Shown: one piece after another, positions 23,490-34,615 of the stretch | How positions within the stretch are numbered: the first letter of the stretch is position 1 | How the letters are laid out: every line of letters starts with the position of its first letter | From: Macrostomum lignano | Taxonomy: Eukaryota | Assembly (NCBI GenBank): GCA_002269645.1 | Contig: NIVC01001881.1 | Location: forward strand, 62,001-126,000 | Direction: 5' to 3' | Length of the DNA stretch: 64,000 bases | Notes under the pieces: model-generated | Seen by the model: only the letters and a program-made list of their open reading frames with translations | What the model was told of the DNA's origin: nothing | The model's database searches: none | Made by a program: the position numbers and the translations under genes

Positions 23490-25780
23490 TTTTAAAAATT
23501 GAAGGCGGAATAAGCTGAACACCACAGACATTTGAAGTGCCTGCTGCTTGGTAGCGAAGTCACTGGCAAGTCCGATGGGACCGTGAATACTTCAGTTTTC
23601 TGCACGTTCAGCGGGAGTCCGCCCGCGCCGTTACCACCGTCAGGCCATCCAGCAGCCATTGGGCGCCTTCGGCCGTCGAGGACAGCAGCGCGAAGTCTTC
23701 TGAGTAGCCGAGCACGCAGAGCCGCTTCTCTGGGTGCCGCCAACTCGTCCGTCTTCTCAGCACGAAGCCGTCGTCCGAGTTGGGCAGGCCGATCCTTAGC
23801 TTCCAGTCCAGTGCCAGCACGAACAAAAAGGGTGCCAGAGTGTCTCCTTGCAGCAGTCCTAAAGACGTGCTGAACTGGTCCGACATCTGGCGTCATCACT
23901 GCAGCGGTAGTGCCCTGATAAACTGCCATGATGGCGGAAACCAGCTGCTGCGGAACGTTTTAGGCTCGGAAGACGAGAGGTAGCGCGCCACGAGCCACCG
24001 AGGGGAAAGCCTTGCGGAAGTCAACGAAGACGACAACAAGGCTTGACTGGTGAATGCGTGCCTCCTCGATGATGCGGCGGAGTTTGAGAATCTGGCGTCA
24101 CTGTGCCACGTTGCGGCCGGAACCTATTCTGCTCGGAGCGCAGAAACGGGTCCAACACAGATCGAGAGACAGAGAGAGAGACAGCGGAGACATCTGGCTG
24201 AACAGCTTCGCTGCTCAGGACATGAGCGGATCTCCCCTATGCTTTTCCTTCTGCGTCGTGTCCGGCTTCTTCAATATCGCGACAATGTGCGAAACTGTCC
24301 ACTCTCGGGCGCGGCACCTCCAGCGAGTACGCCGTTCATCCCGGTGTAAAAAGTAAAGTTCAAAGGACTCTGCAGAACAGAACAAAAAACTAAGTCTGAT
24401 TAAAATTGTTAGAAAGAAACAAGCTGTTCAGTAACTACGAGCGTAGTATTAATTCTCGCTGTCCAGCTCCACGCCTTCGACTGACTGACGATCGTCATCC
24501 ATCTCGGAAGGTCGATGCTGCAGATGAAGTACACATAGATGCGCTGATGCCTTCCAGAAGTGGTACAACCAGTCTTTTCAGTCGACGAGTTCTGTGCACT
24601 GCGTCAGAGCTCTGTCGTGCACTAAGCATCGACAGAATGCTCAAGCCGTAAAGAGAATTGGTGTCCACTCCTGACTCGGCCAGACTTCTCTGCAGTCTTT
24701 CTACGTACTGCCCTTGGATCCATGCAGTCAATGTGTGTCGTCGTCAGCAGCCGTATGCAGTCTATTGAGCGGCTGTAGACGTCGGCGTGCTAGATTTGTT
24801 GACTGACTTGTTGATCTGTTGACTGCTGGTTCCACATGTCTTCGGCGTCTGCGTCGATGGGACAATGTGCCGAACAGTTGCCGGTGTTGACGTCAAGGTC
24901 AGATTCCGTTGAGCTGGGGTCTGTAGGCGGACCGACTGAGGCAAAAGCGCCATATTGACTCAGAACTTAGATAATAATCAGTACCAAGAGGACCGCAAGC
25001 GGACTCACAAAAATAACACCAGCAGGGGTACTTTTGATGGTTTTAAAACTGCAAACTCGACATTTTCAGTGAGAGTTAAATCACTCTCAACCCAAATAAA
25101 GAAAATATTTTACATCCGCTAGAAAAAGACTTGTCAGAGTCCTATCTGGGTCCTCCGAACTCATCTTCTTCCACCAGGATCACATGTGCCACCTCAGTGG
25201 GGACCCTCATGATTCGCAGCGCCTCGACGCGCATCTGCTCCCGGCGCATTGCGAGTGAACTGCAAGACGTCCGTGCTGGTCACTGTTCGGGTGTCGAAAA
25301 CCTCTCTGTTGCAGTGGCAGCGCCGTCTCGGGCAGCAGCGGCATCTCGATTGGCAGTGGCGGAGGCGGCGCGTTTCTGTGGGCTTCTGGAGAGTGTCGTC
25401 AGCCAGATTCAGCGCAGCCCTCTTCTTGCGGCGATTGATTGTGGGCCAGAAAAGTCGATTACTCGACCCTGCAGAGCTGACGCTCTCGATTGCGTCACTG
25501 ACAGCGGCCTGTTGCCGCCTTGTGTAGATTTCTTTCAGGGCTTTCTCGGCCTCGGCCGTCGGCCGTCTGGTCCGTCCCAAAATTTAGATTATCTGCCGCG
25601 CCTCCTGCACCTCTTTGTCATTCGCCCAGACCGGGAGACAACGCGGCAGGCTTCATCATACTCACCTCCGGACTCACCCATCGAGGCAGCGAACGCGTAG
25701 GCGAATTTGCCGCGGGTGCTGGGGTCACGCAGGGCCTGTAGAGCGGGTCCCGTACGCACAGGTCACTGATAAGCAGGCAG
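23490..25780 (-). mobile_element. Degenerate RTE-like non-LTR reverse transcriptase relic, split by an ~840-bp insert (24340-25178)
   Basis: EALRI..EVAHV | MNGVLAGG...KLFSQM..FLRSEQNRFRPQRGT..LRRIIEE..VFVDFRKAF..LLQGDTLAPFLFVLALD..LGYSEDFALL..LNVQKTE; multiple frameshifts; YADD degraded to YSED. Confidence 0.85.
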
Positions 25781-26110
25781 CGGAGAGGCGGGGGAGACAG
25801 AGGGAGAGGCGGGGAGACAGAGGGAGAGGCGGGGAGATTGGGAGAGGCGGGGGAGACAGAGGGAGAGGCGGGGAGACAGAGGGAGAGGCGGCGGAGACAG
25901 AGGAAGAGGCGGGGAGACAGAGGGAGAGGCGGGGAGATTGGGAGAGGCGAGGGAGACAGAGGGAGAGGCGAGGAGACAGAGGGAGAGGCGGGGAGACAGA
26001 GGAAGAGGCGGGGAGACAGAAGGAGAGGCGGGGGAGACAGAGGAAGAGGTGGGGAGACAGAGGGAGAGGCGGGGAGACAGAGGAAGAGGTGGGGAGACAG
26101 AAGGAGAGAC
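25781..26110. repeat. GA-rich 19-21-bp minisatellite (GGGAGACAGAGGGAGAGGCG)
   Basis: Tandem units, related to the arrays at 31396 and 38283. Confidence 0.93.
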
Positions 26111-26225
26111 GGGCCTCTAGTAAAAGCAAGCACAATAAAGGCACTCTTCACGGCACTCTTCAAGTCACTCTGCATGTCACTCGCTACGGCACTGGGCACT
26201 CCATTCCGTCGCTATTTGCCGGCTT
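26111..26225 (-). pseudogene. Diverged copy of the last codons and proximal 3' UTR of PHKA
   Basis: ANSDGMECPVP* vs [15 protein letters not shown]; alignable with 39335-39450. Confidence 0.75.
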
Positions 26226-26816
26226 CACTGCACATTTTATTCTACTGTCTCAAAAGATGTGGCAGAACACTGTTTATCGATCGTCGGGGGTTGGGGCAAA
26301 GAACCATTTTTCAATGAGCGTTTCGGGCACTTCTCCCCATTACGCATCGGTCTGTGAACAGGCCAAAGAGATGGCCAGAAATTAGCGATGCAGAGGAGCG
26401 ATAAAAATTACGGGCTCCCGTTTATTGTCTGCTGCAATTTTTTTGATGATGGTGCATTTTTTAGAATTAGACCAGGTTGATACCGCTGCATTTTAACCGC
26501 ATCCAAAGCCAAAAATTTTTGCCTCTGACCGTTCATGGGGACTCCTCCATCCCGCTTAGTTGCGAGGAAGATAACTAACCCGTGGAATGAGTTGCTGCCT
26601 CCAGCTCAGCACCTGCCTCTACGAGCGGGATCATCGCCGCCATAAAAGAGGAGTCAGGTTTTCAATGTGATATGACTAAAAAAGCAGGCTTGCAGCAACG
26701 TTTTTAAGCCACGGGCTGCTCAAAAACCATTAGCGGAAAGCAACTACTTGAAAGCAAATTTAAGCCAAGAAAACTCAACACTTTTTTTCACAAACGCTCG
26801 TGCGCCTTAACTTACA

Positions 26817-27885
26817 ATGAGAACAGGTAAATCAGTTAAAGTAAATGATAATCATTAGAATGTGGAATTGATAAGAAATCACCTGTTCAATTCCTATTTC
26901 GTTGTCAAAAAGTTCTAGGAGTCGCGCTGTTCATATCGTGCCTGCTGGCAGTGTGCCAGTGCAGGACCGGAGACACCTGGACTCAGATGCAGGTGCACTG
27001 TCTGTCCGATGCTGCCGCATTCCGCATCTCCAAGGCGGTCTCGGAGCGGCACTGCAGCATGCAGGCAAGCGATGCCTTTCCATCCGGCATTCTCGTTGCC
27101 CAGTTCGAGCCGGCCTCTCTCCGCTGCAGTCTCTTCCGCTACCAGTCCGTGTGTCGCGACCTTGTCTCTGGCGGTGCGAGCAGCGACTGCCGAGTGCTCA
27201 TCCGATTTCCGATCAAATATCCGGCTCAGCTCAACCCGAAGCTCACAAACGTGTGGCTCGGAGACGACATGTCTGCATTTGAGAATGTCGTGTGCCAGGC
27301 TGACGAAGAGACCAACCGAATTTATCCGGTCGGAGTCCAGTGGACAGAGGAGGGCGCCGCGTTCGATGGGAGCAGCTCGTTTCTGGCCATGACATCGGGT
27401 TCGGCACAGGCGTCACGGTGCTGCTCAGGATGAAGCGGCAGCCGCAGGTGCAGATCTTCTTCGATTTTCTAAACTGCGCTGACTTCGAAACCGGACCCTA
27501 CTACCACAATATCTGGGAGGGCTCGCACGACGTTCCCTCTACACCATATATTGTGTTCAAAACCGAAGCCGGTGCCGCTCCTACACGTTATCGAACTTCG
27601 ACAACTGTGCTGACTTCGAACGCCAACGAGTGGGTGAACATCGGCTTTACATCGGCTCCAGCGGCTGACTCGTGGGGAGTGTTCATGAACGACGCCTTCT
27701 TGCCGACGGCCTCCTTCAGCCTGAGTACTTTTACTAACTATACTCTGCTGCCTCAGAACTGCTTCAGGTTCGGCAAGCGAACCACTGATGCTCGAATGTT
27801 CCAAGGAACTGTGCGGGCCATCGCCATGAGCAACGTCACCATGTCTGAGAGCGAGATCAGCGACTTCTTTGCCGTCATCGGCTGA
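26817..27885 (+). pseudogene. Frameshifted, probably chimeric copy of the PAN/apple-like + LamG-like secreted protein gene
   Basis: Exon 1 26817-26826, exon 2 from 26919; a 10-nt deletion at ~27391 (ATGACATC vs ATGAACAAGAGCGACATC in the intact copy) shifts the frame. Confidence 0.85.
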
Positions 27886-28574
27886 ACGAAGGTTTTGTGT
27901 GACTCTTGGCTAATCAACAAGCAGTTGAACTTTTTTCAATGAATATTCTCAAGAACGCTGCTGCTTTCAAAAAGTAGTTTAACTTGTAATAGGCTGGACT
28001 TTGGAAGATGTTTGGATCAGATGAATGAGCTACAGTTGAAATATGATTTGAATGTAAATGTACCTGTCCGACTCTACAGGCCTAATTATTTAAATTCAGT
28101 CGATAAATGGTTATTTTGGTTCAGAATCAGCTGGGATCGGGATAGGATCTTGTAAAAATCAGTTTTTTAAACAACTTTCAAATTATAAACGGGATAAAAA
28201 ACAAGTGTTCACTTGTTTGCAATTGCAATGACTTTTTTATTTTGGACGCCTTTAGCGTCCGTTTTCAGCGCAAGTTAGAATGTGGCTCAGTTGCATCAGA
28301 CTGCTCTTCAGCACTCTACGTTGACTATGTATTACATTATAGCCATGATACTTTATCCACAAACTGTGTGCCTATGTAACAGGTAAAATGCTACTCAATC
28401 CACCAGATAGATTCCTTATCAATCCACCAAGTGAATCAAGTAGCATTTTACCTGTTAGATAGGGACACTCGCCTGGTGAATAGAGTGGCCTTTTACCTGT
28501 TAGACATATGGACCCTCACTTATTAGATAGTGGCGTTTTATCTGTTGGAGCACTCAACTGCTTCTATTTCGGTG

Positions 28575-28699
28575 TCGAAGTTCTGCTTTCGGTTCGGCAA
28601 GCGCTACAGTCATGCCACTCGGTTCAAAGGCTCCGTCAGGGCCATCGCGGCTGCATGAACGATACCGAGATTCGAGACTTCTTTGCCGCCCTGCCGTGA
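28575..28699 (+). pseudogene. 3' remnant of LamG paralog (duplicate of 19935-20061)
   Basis: Identical sequence. Confidence 0.8.
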
Positions 28700-28789
28700 G
28701 GAGCAGCTCAGCAACTGCTGGTCGAACTGTTAAAATGTGAACTCCTGACCGAGAATGACTTCGTTGTAGGCAGCTTGACCGAGCGGCGC

Positions 28790-29013
28790 GCACTTCCGGG
28801 GTGCTGCTTTCATTTGGCGAGTTGATCCACCAGCTCGTTGCCCAGGATGTCGCCATGGCCTGGTGTCCAGACCACGTTGATCCTATTGAAGATCGCTGAG
28901 TTTTCAAGCTTTTCAACACAGTCTGAAACTGATTTGGCTGATGGCTTGATAGAAGACAAGACCCTTATAGCGGTAGAGAGCGTACGCCTAACTTGAAACA
29001 AATTTTTCTACGA
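28790..29013 (-). mobile_element. RNase H fragment (duplicate of 20150-20375)
   Basis: Identical VVWTPGHGDILGNELVDQLAK. Confidence 0.85.
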
Positions 29014-30081
29014 TTTTTTGTTTAAAGCATCTGTCTGTTCGTACCATTATTTGTCAGTTAGTTGGACCCGCAGGCAGCGAGGAGGCGAGCAGTTGACTAT
29101 CTACTTTTGGACATTGTTCCACTGGCCTCTGAGCATGCACAGGGAGACAACAGCGGCTCTGACTTTCTCAATTTCAGGCAGGTACGCAGTCTATGGTATG
29201 ACTTTGGAGAGATTATAAACCTCATTAGAGTGACTGGTCTGCAGATGGGTTCCGGGTATGACATCAAATTTATGTGGTCTTGAATGGAACTCGAACCCAG
29301 GTTCAGACACTCGACGGCATAATGTTTGAAGGTTGTCTTGCAAGCCCCAATGGATGTGAGTTGCAGTCGTAAATTTTGAGTTAAGGAGCTCAGGGACCTG
29401 ATCCTGCAGGGGGTTGCAAGTTGCAACTTCAAGTGGGACGACTTTGATATCCATGATAATTCGCAACAGATTTTATTGTGCGATGTGTTCCATTGAGCAT
29501 CCTTGCTTTCCATCCCATGCCGATGTTGGAGTTTTTGTATCCCTATAATTCCACAGAAAAAATATAGCGGGTTACCAACGTAGCAGAGGTGGGGGTTATT
29601 AGCGAGGTGCGCGGCTACAGTGGTTGCGTGTTGCAAGCCGTCTCTCCAGCCCCACGTTTGTCAGGCATTTTTGGGCTGGCGTTGCGCCTCTGTTTACCGC
29701 GCTGTCCGGCGGCTCCTGCCACTGAGATGGGGGCCTCATTAATCCGATCCCAATGAGCTCTGCTGCTTCTGTCTACTACTGCTGGGCGGCCTCTCGTTCT
29801 CCCCTATTGTTTTAAATATTTTGTCTATCTCTCTTTTGCGTCCTGCCTGCCTTCTCTTAGACTTAGAGGCTGGGCTAGCGAAGGCATTTTAGCATGCCTG
29901 TGAAGTATCGAGGCAGACTAGGTGTATTGGCTATGATCTGCGATGCTGCATGCCTGCCCCATTCTATAGTATAATGTTACAAGTATCCAACTATGACATA
30001 AATGCTGTTACCTTCATGCGAAAGTTTTATTCGGTGTTCTCGAAATGAAATTCGTGCAAGAGAATTTGCAAAGGACTTGTG

Positions 30082-30320
30082 TCTGGTTTCTGGAATGGTG
30101 TGTCTGATCTCTATAGTCTCTGGAGGGATGTGTATGATCTTTGGGATAGTGTGTCCGATCTCTGGGATGATGTGTCCGATCTTTGGGATGGCGTCTCCGA
30201 TCTCTGGGATAATGTGTCTGATCTCTGGGATGATGTGTCCGATCTGTGGGATGGCGTGTCCGATCTCTGGGATGGCGTGTCCGATCTCTGGGATGATGTG
30301 TCCGATATGTGGGATGGATG
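30082..30320. repeat. 21-bp minisatellite (GGTGTGTCCGATCTGTGGGAT), array 3
   Basis: Duplicate of array 1. Confidence 0.95.
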
Positions 30321-30962
30321 GATGAACTGGACTCAGTACATTCAAACTAAAGCTACAGAAGCCCTGGCTGTCCTGGCTCAGATCAGACGCGCCGTGGGCA
30401 CCCCCTGGGGCTCACCCCCAGGAAGCTGTGGTGGATTTACACTGCCATCATCCGCCCCTCGATCAGTTACGTCAGCCTCGTGTGGGCCAGCGGTCTGAGC
30501 GTCAAGAGCAACCTCGACGCTCTTTTCAAAATCCAGGGCAGGGCCTGCCGCATGACTATGGGAGCCCCACCCTCTACTCCTTTTGAAGGCATGAATGCCT
30601 TCCTCTGTGCCCCTCCTCTGGATATTTATATCAAAGGAGAGGCGGCGAAGAGCACCCGGCGTCTTCTGGATGCTGGGGTGGCCTTCAAGAAAGTGCGGGC
30701 CTTTAAGAAGCGGTCGCTCATCCCGCACTCTGACCTCTGCCTCAAGGCTCTCGAGGAGTGTGGCGGGCTCAACATCCTCACGGACTCGATCCCAGCCACC
30801 CTTCTCCTGAGCCAAAGGTATAAGGTTACTATTCAGCCTCGACGCGAGGCGAGTGACAGCTGGAGCGATTCAGAAGTCCACTGTTACACTGACGGCTCTA
30901 TGAGGCATGGTCTTTCAGGCTTCGGAGCTTGCGTCTTCTTCAAGGGAGAAGTGGTGTGGATC
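30321..30962 (+). mobile_element. R1/Loa/I-group non-LTR fragment retaining the RNase H N-terminus
   Basis: EVHCYTDGSMRHGLSGFGACVF motif; joined directly to the RTE relic at ~30962. Confidence 0.85.
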
Positions 30963-31395
30963 TCGATTGGCAGTGGCGGAGGCGGCGCGTTTCTGTGGGC
31001 TTCTGGAGAGTGTCGTCAGCCAGATTCAGCGCAGCCCTCTTCTTGCGACGATTGATTGTGGGCCAGAAAAGTCGATTACTCGACCCTGCAGAGCTGACGC
31101 TCTCGATTGCGTCACTGACAGCGGCCTGTTGCCGCCTTGTGTAGATTTCTTTCAGGGCTTTCTCGGCCTCGGCCGTCGGCCGTCTGGTTCGTCCCAAAAT
31201 TTAGATTATCTGCCGCGCCTCCTGCACCTCTTTGTCATTCGCCCAGACCGGGAGACAACGCGGCAGGCTTCATCATACTCACCTCCGGACTCAACCATCG
31301 AGGCGGCGAACGCGTAGGCGAATTTGCCGCGGGTGCTGGGGTCACGCAGGGCCTGTAGAGCGGGTCCCGTACGCACAGGTCACTGATAAGCAGGC
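30963..31395 (-). mobile_element. 5' part of the RTE-like relic (duplicate of ~25325-25780)
   Basis: Near-identical sequence. Confidence 0.8.
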
Positions 31396-32350
31396 AGCGG
31401 AGAGGCGGGGAGATTTGGAGAGGCGGGGGAGACAGAGGGAGAGGCGGGGAGATTTGGAGAGGCGGGGGAGACAGAGGGAGAGGCGGGGAGATTTGGAGAA
31501 GCGGGGGAGACAGAGGGAGAGGCGGGGAGATTTGGCGAAGCGGGGGAGACAGAGGGAGAGGCGGGGAGATTTGGAGAAGCGGGGGAGACAGAGGGAGAGG
31601 CGGGGAGACAGAGGGAGAGGCGGGGAGATTGGGAGAGGCGGGGGAGACAAAGGGAGAGGCAGGGAGATTTGGAAAGGCGGCGGAGACAGAGGAAGAGGCG
31701 GGGAGACAGAGGGAGAGGCGGGGAGATTGGGAGAGGCGGGGGAGACAAAGGGAGAGGCGGGGAGATTTGGAGAGGCGGCGGAGACAGAGGAAGAGGCGGG
31801 GAGACAGAGGGAGAGGCGGGGAGATTTGGAGAAACGGGGGAGACAGAGGGAGAGGCGGGGAGATTGGGAGAGGCGGGGAGACAGAGGGAGAGGCGGGGAG
31901 ATTTGGAGAGGCGGGGGAGACAGAGAAAGAGGCGGGGAGACAGAGGGAGAGGCGGGGAGATTGGGAGAGGCAGGGGAGACAAAGGGAGAGGCGGGGAGAT
32001 TTGGAGAGGCGGCGGAGACAGAGGAAGAGGCGGGGAGACAGAGGAAGAGGCGGGGAGACAGAGGAAAAGGCGGGGAGACAGAGGGAGAGGCGGGGAGATT
32101 TGGAGAGGCGGCGGAGACAGAGGAAGAGGCGGGGAGACAGAGGAAGAGGCGGGGAGACAGAGGAAGAGGCGGGGAGACAGAGGAAGAGGCGGGGAGACAG
32201 AGGAAGAGGCGGGGAGACAGAGGAAGAGGCGGGGAGACAGAGGGAGAGGCGGGGAGACAGAGGGAGAGGCGGGGAGACAGAGGGAGAGGCGGGGAGACAG
32301 AGGAAGAGGCGGGGAGACAGAAGGAGAGGTGGGGAGACAGAAGGAGAGAC
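31396..32350. repeat. GA-rich 19-21-bp minisatellite, expanded copy
   Basis: About three times longer than the array at 25781. Confidence 0.93.
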
Positions 32351-32465
32351 GGGCCTCTAGTAAAAGCAAGCACAACGAAGGCACTCTTCACGGCACTCTT
32401 CAAGTCACTCTGCATGTCACTCGCTACGGCACTGGGCACTCCATTCCGTCGCTATTTGCCGGCTT
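32351..32465 (-). pseudogene. Second diverged copy of the PHKA 3' end
   Basis: Near-identical to 26111-26225. Confidence 0.75.
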
Positions 32466-33058
32466 CACTGCACATTTTATTCTACTGTCTCAAAGGATGT
32501 TGCAGAACGCTGTTTATCGATCGTCGGGGGTTGGGGCAAAGAACCATTTTTCAATGAGCGTTTCGGGCACTTCTCCCCATTGCGCATCGGTCTGTGAACA
32601 GGCCAAAGAGATGGCCAGAAATTAGCGATGCAGAGGAGCGATAAAAATTACGGGCTCCCGTTTATTGTCTGCTGCAATTTATTTGATAATGGTGCATTTT
32701 TTAGAATTAGACCAGGTAGATACCGCTGCATTTTAACCGCATCCAAAGCCAAAACTTTTTGCCTCTGACCGTTCATGGGGACTCCTCCATCCCGCTTAGT
32801 TGCGAGGAAGATAACTAACCCGTGGAATGAGTTGCTGCCTCCAGCTCAGCACCTGCCTCTACGAGCGGGATCATCGCCGCCATAAAAGAGGAGTCAGGTT
32901 TTCAATGTGATATGTGACTAAAAAAGCAGGCTTGCAGCAACGTTTTTAAGCCACGGGCTGCTCAAAAACCATTAGCGGAAAGCAACTACTTGAAAGCAAA
33001 TTTAAGCCAAGAAAACTCAACACTTTTTTTCACAAACGCTCGTGCGCCTTAACTTACA

Positions 33059-34131
33059 ATGAGAACAGGTAAATCAGTTAAAGTAAATGATAATCATTAG
33101 AATGTGGAATTGATAAGAAATCACCTGTTCAATTCCTATTTCGTTGTCAAAAAGTTCTAGGAGTCGCGCTGTTCATATCGTGCCTGCTGGCAGTGTGCCA
33201 GTGCAGGACCGGAGACACCTGGACTCAGATGCAGGTGCACTGTCTGTCCGATGCTGCCGCATTCCGCATCTCCAAGGCGGTCTCGGAGCGGCACTGCAGC
33301 ATGCAGGCAAGCGATGCCTTTCCATCCGGCATTCTCGTTGCCCAGTTCGAGCCGGCCTCTCTCCGCTGCAGTCTCTTCCGCTACCAGTCCGTGTGTCGCG
33401 ACCTTGTCTCTAGCGGTGCGAGCAGCGACTGCCGAGTGCTCATCCGATTTCCGATCAAATATCCGGCTCAGCTCAACCCGAAGCTCACAAACGTGTGGCT
33501 CGGAGACGACATGTCTGCATTTGAGAATGTCGTGTGCCAGGCTGACGAAGAGACCAACCGAATTTATCCGGTCGGAGTCCAGTGGACAGAGGAGGGCGCC
33601 GCGTTCGATGGGAGCAGCTCGTTTCTGGCCATGAACAAGAGCGACATCGGGTTCGGCACAGGCGTCACGGTGCTGCTCAGGATGAAGCGGCAGCCACAGG
33701 TGCAGCCGCTGTTTGAATTCTTAGACTGCGCCAACTTTGCCACAGGACCTTTCTACCACCACATCTGGGAGTACAACACTGCTTCTAAACTCCTTTTTGT
33801 GATCAAAACCGAAGCCGGTGCCACTCCCACACGCTATCAAACTTCGACAACTCCGCTGACTTCGAACGCCAACGAGTGGGTGAACATCGGCTTCACATCG
33901 ACTCTATCGGCTGACTCGTGGGGAGCGTTCGTGAACGACGCATTCTTGCCGACGGCTTCGTTCAACTTGATTGTTAATTCTAACTATACTCTGCTGCCTC
34001 AGTTCTGCTTCAGGTTCGGCAAGCGACTCAATGACGCCCAAATGTTCAATGGCACTGTCCGGGCCATCGCTATGAGCAGCGTCACCATGTCTGAGAGCGA
34101 GATCCGCGACTTCTTTGCCGTCATCGGCTGA
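33059..34131 (+). CDS. Secreted protein with PAN/apple-like N-terminal domain and LamG/concanavalin A-like (pentraxin-type) domain, 326 aa, intact
   Basis: Exon 1 33059-33068 (ATGAGAACAG|gtaaat), exon 2 33161-34131 (ttctag|GA). Signal peptide MRTGVALFISCLLAVCQC; Cys-containing N-domain (HCSMQ...FEPASLRCSLF); LamG_3-like motifs GAAFDGSSSFL, VTVLLRMK, WVNIGFT, FVND, FRFGK..MFNGTVRAIA...MSESEIRDFF. Confidence 0.85.
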
Positions 34132-34479
34132 AGGAAGGCTTTGTGTGACTTTTGGCGAATTAACAAGCAGTTGAACTTTTTTCAATGAATATTCGAACGC
34201 CGCTGCTTTCAAAAAGTAGATTAACTTTTAATAGGCCGTTTTTAATATGTACCCTTTTAATATGTACCCGACTCCACGCGGTGCTTATGTATAACATTAT
34301 TATAGCTGATACTTTTATCCACAAACTGTGTTCCTATCTAACATGTAAAATGCTGTTATATCCACTAGATAGATGTCCTTATCAATCCACCTGGCGGATA
34401 GAGTAGCATTTTACCTGTTAGATATAGGGACCCTCACTTATTACAGTGGCGTTTTATCTGTAGAAGCGCTCAATCGGGG

Positions 34480-34615
34480 TCGAAGTTCTGCTTTCGGTTC
34501 GGCAAGCGCTACAGTCATGCCACTTTTTTGTTCATGGGCCTCGGTCAGGGCCATCGCAATCGGCAGCTTTATGAACGATACCGAGATTCGAGACTTCTTT
34601 GGCCTCCTGCCGTGA
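34480..34615 (+). pseudogene. 3' remnant of LamG paralog (older, diverged version)
   Basis: KFCFRFGKRYSHAT...SVRAIAIGSFMNDTEIRDFFGLLP*. Confidence 0.78.

Larger units (their letters stand above)
18855..33700. repeat. Recent tandem segmental duplication (18855-~27500 vs ~27500-~33700)
   Basis: 19247-21680 matches 27885-30320 almost perfectly (offset 8638); 26110-27450 matches 32350-33700 (offset ~6240). Confidence 0.92.

Noticed and set aside
18855-33700. False duplication from assembly error
   Set aside because: Not favoured: the copies differ by a 10-nt deletion, distinct deletion junctions, a cluster of substitutions and different minisatellite lengths. It cannot be fully excluded without raw reads.
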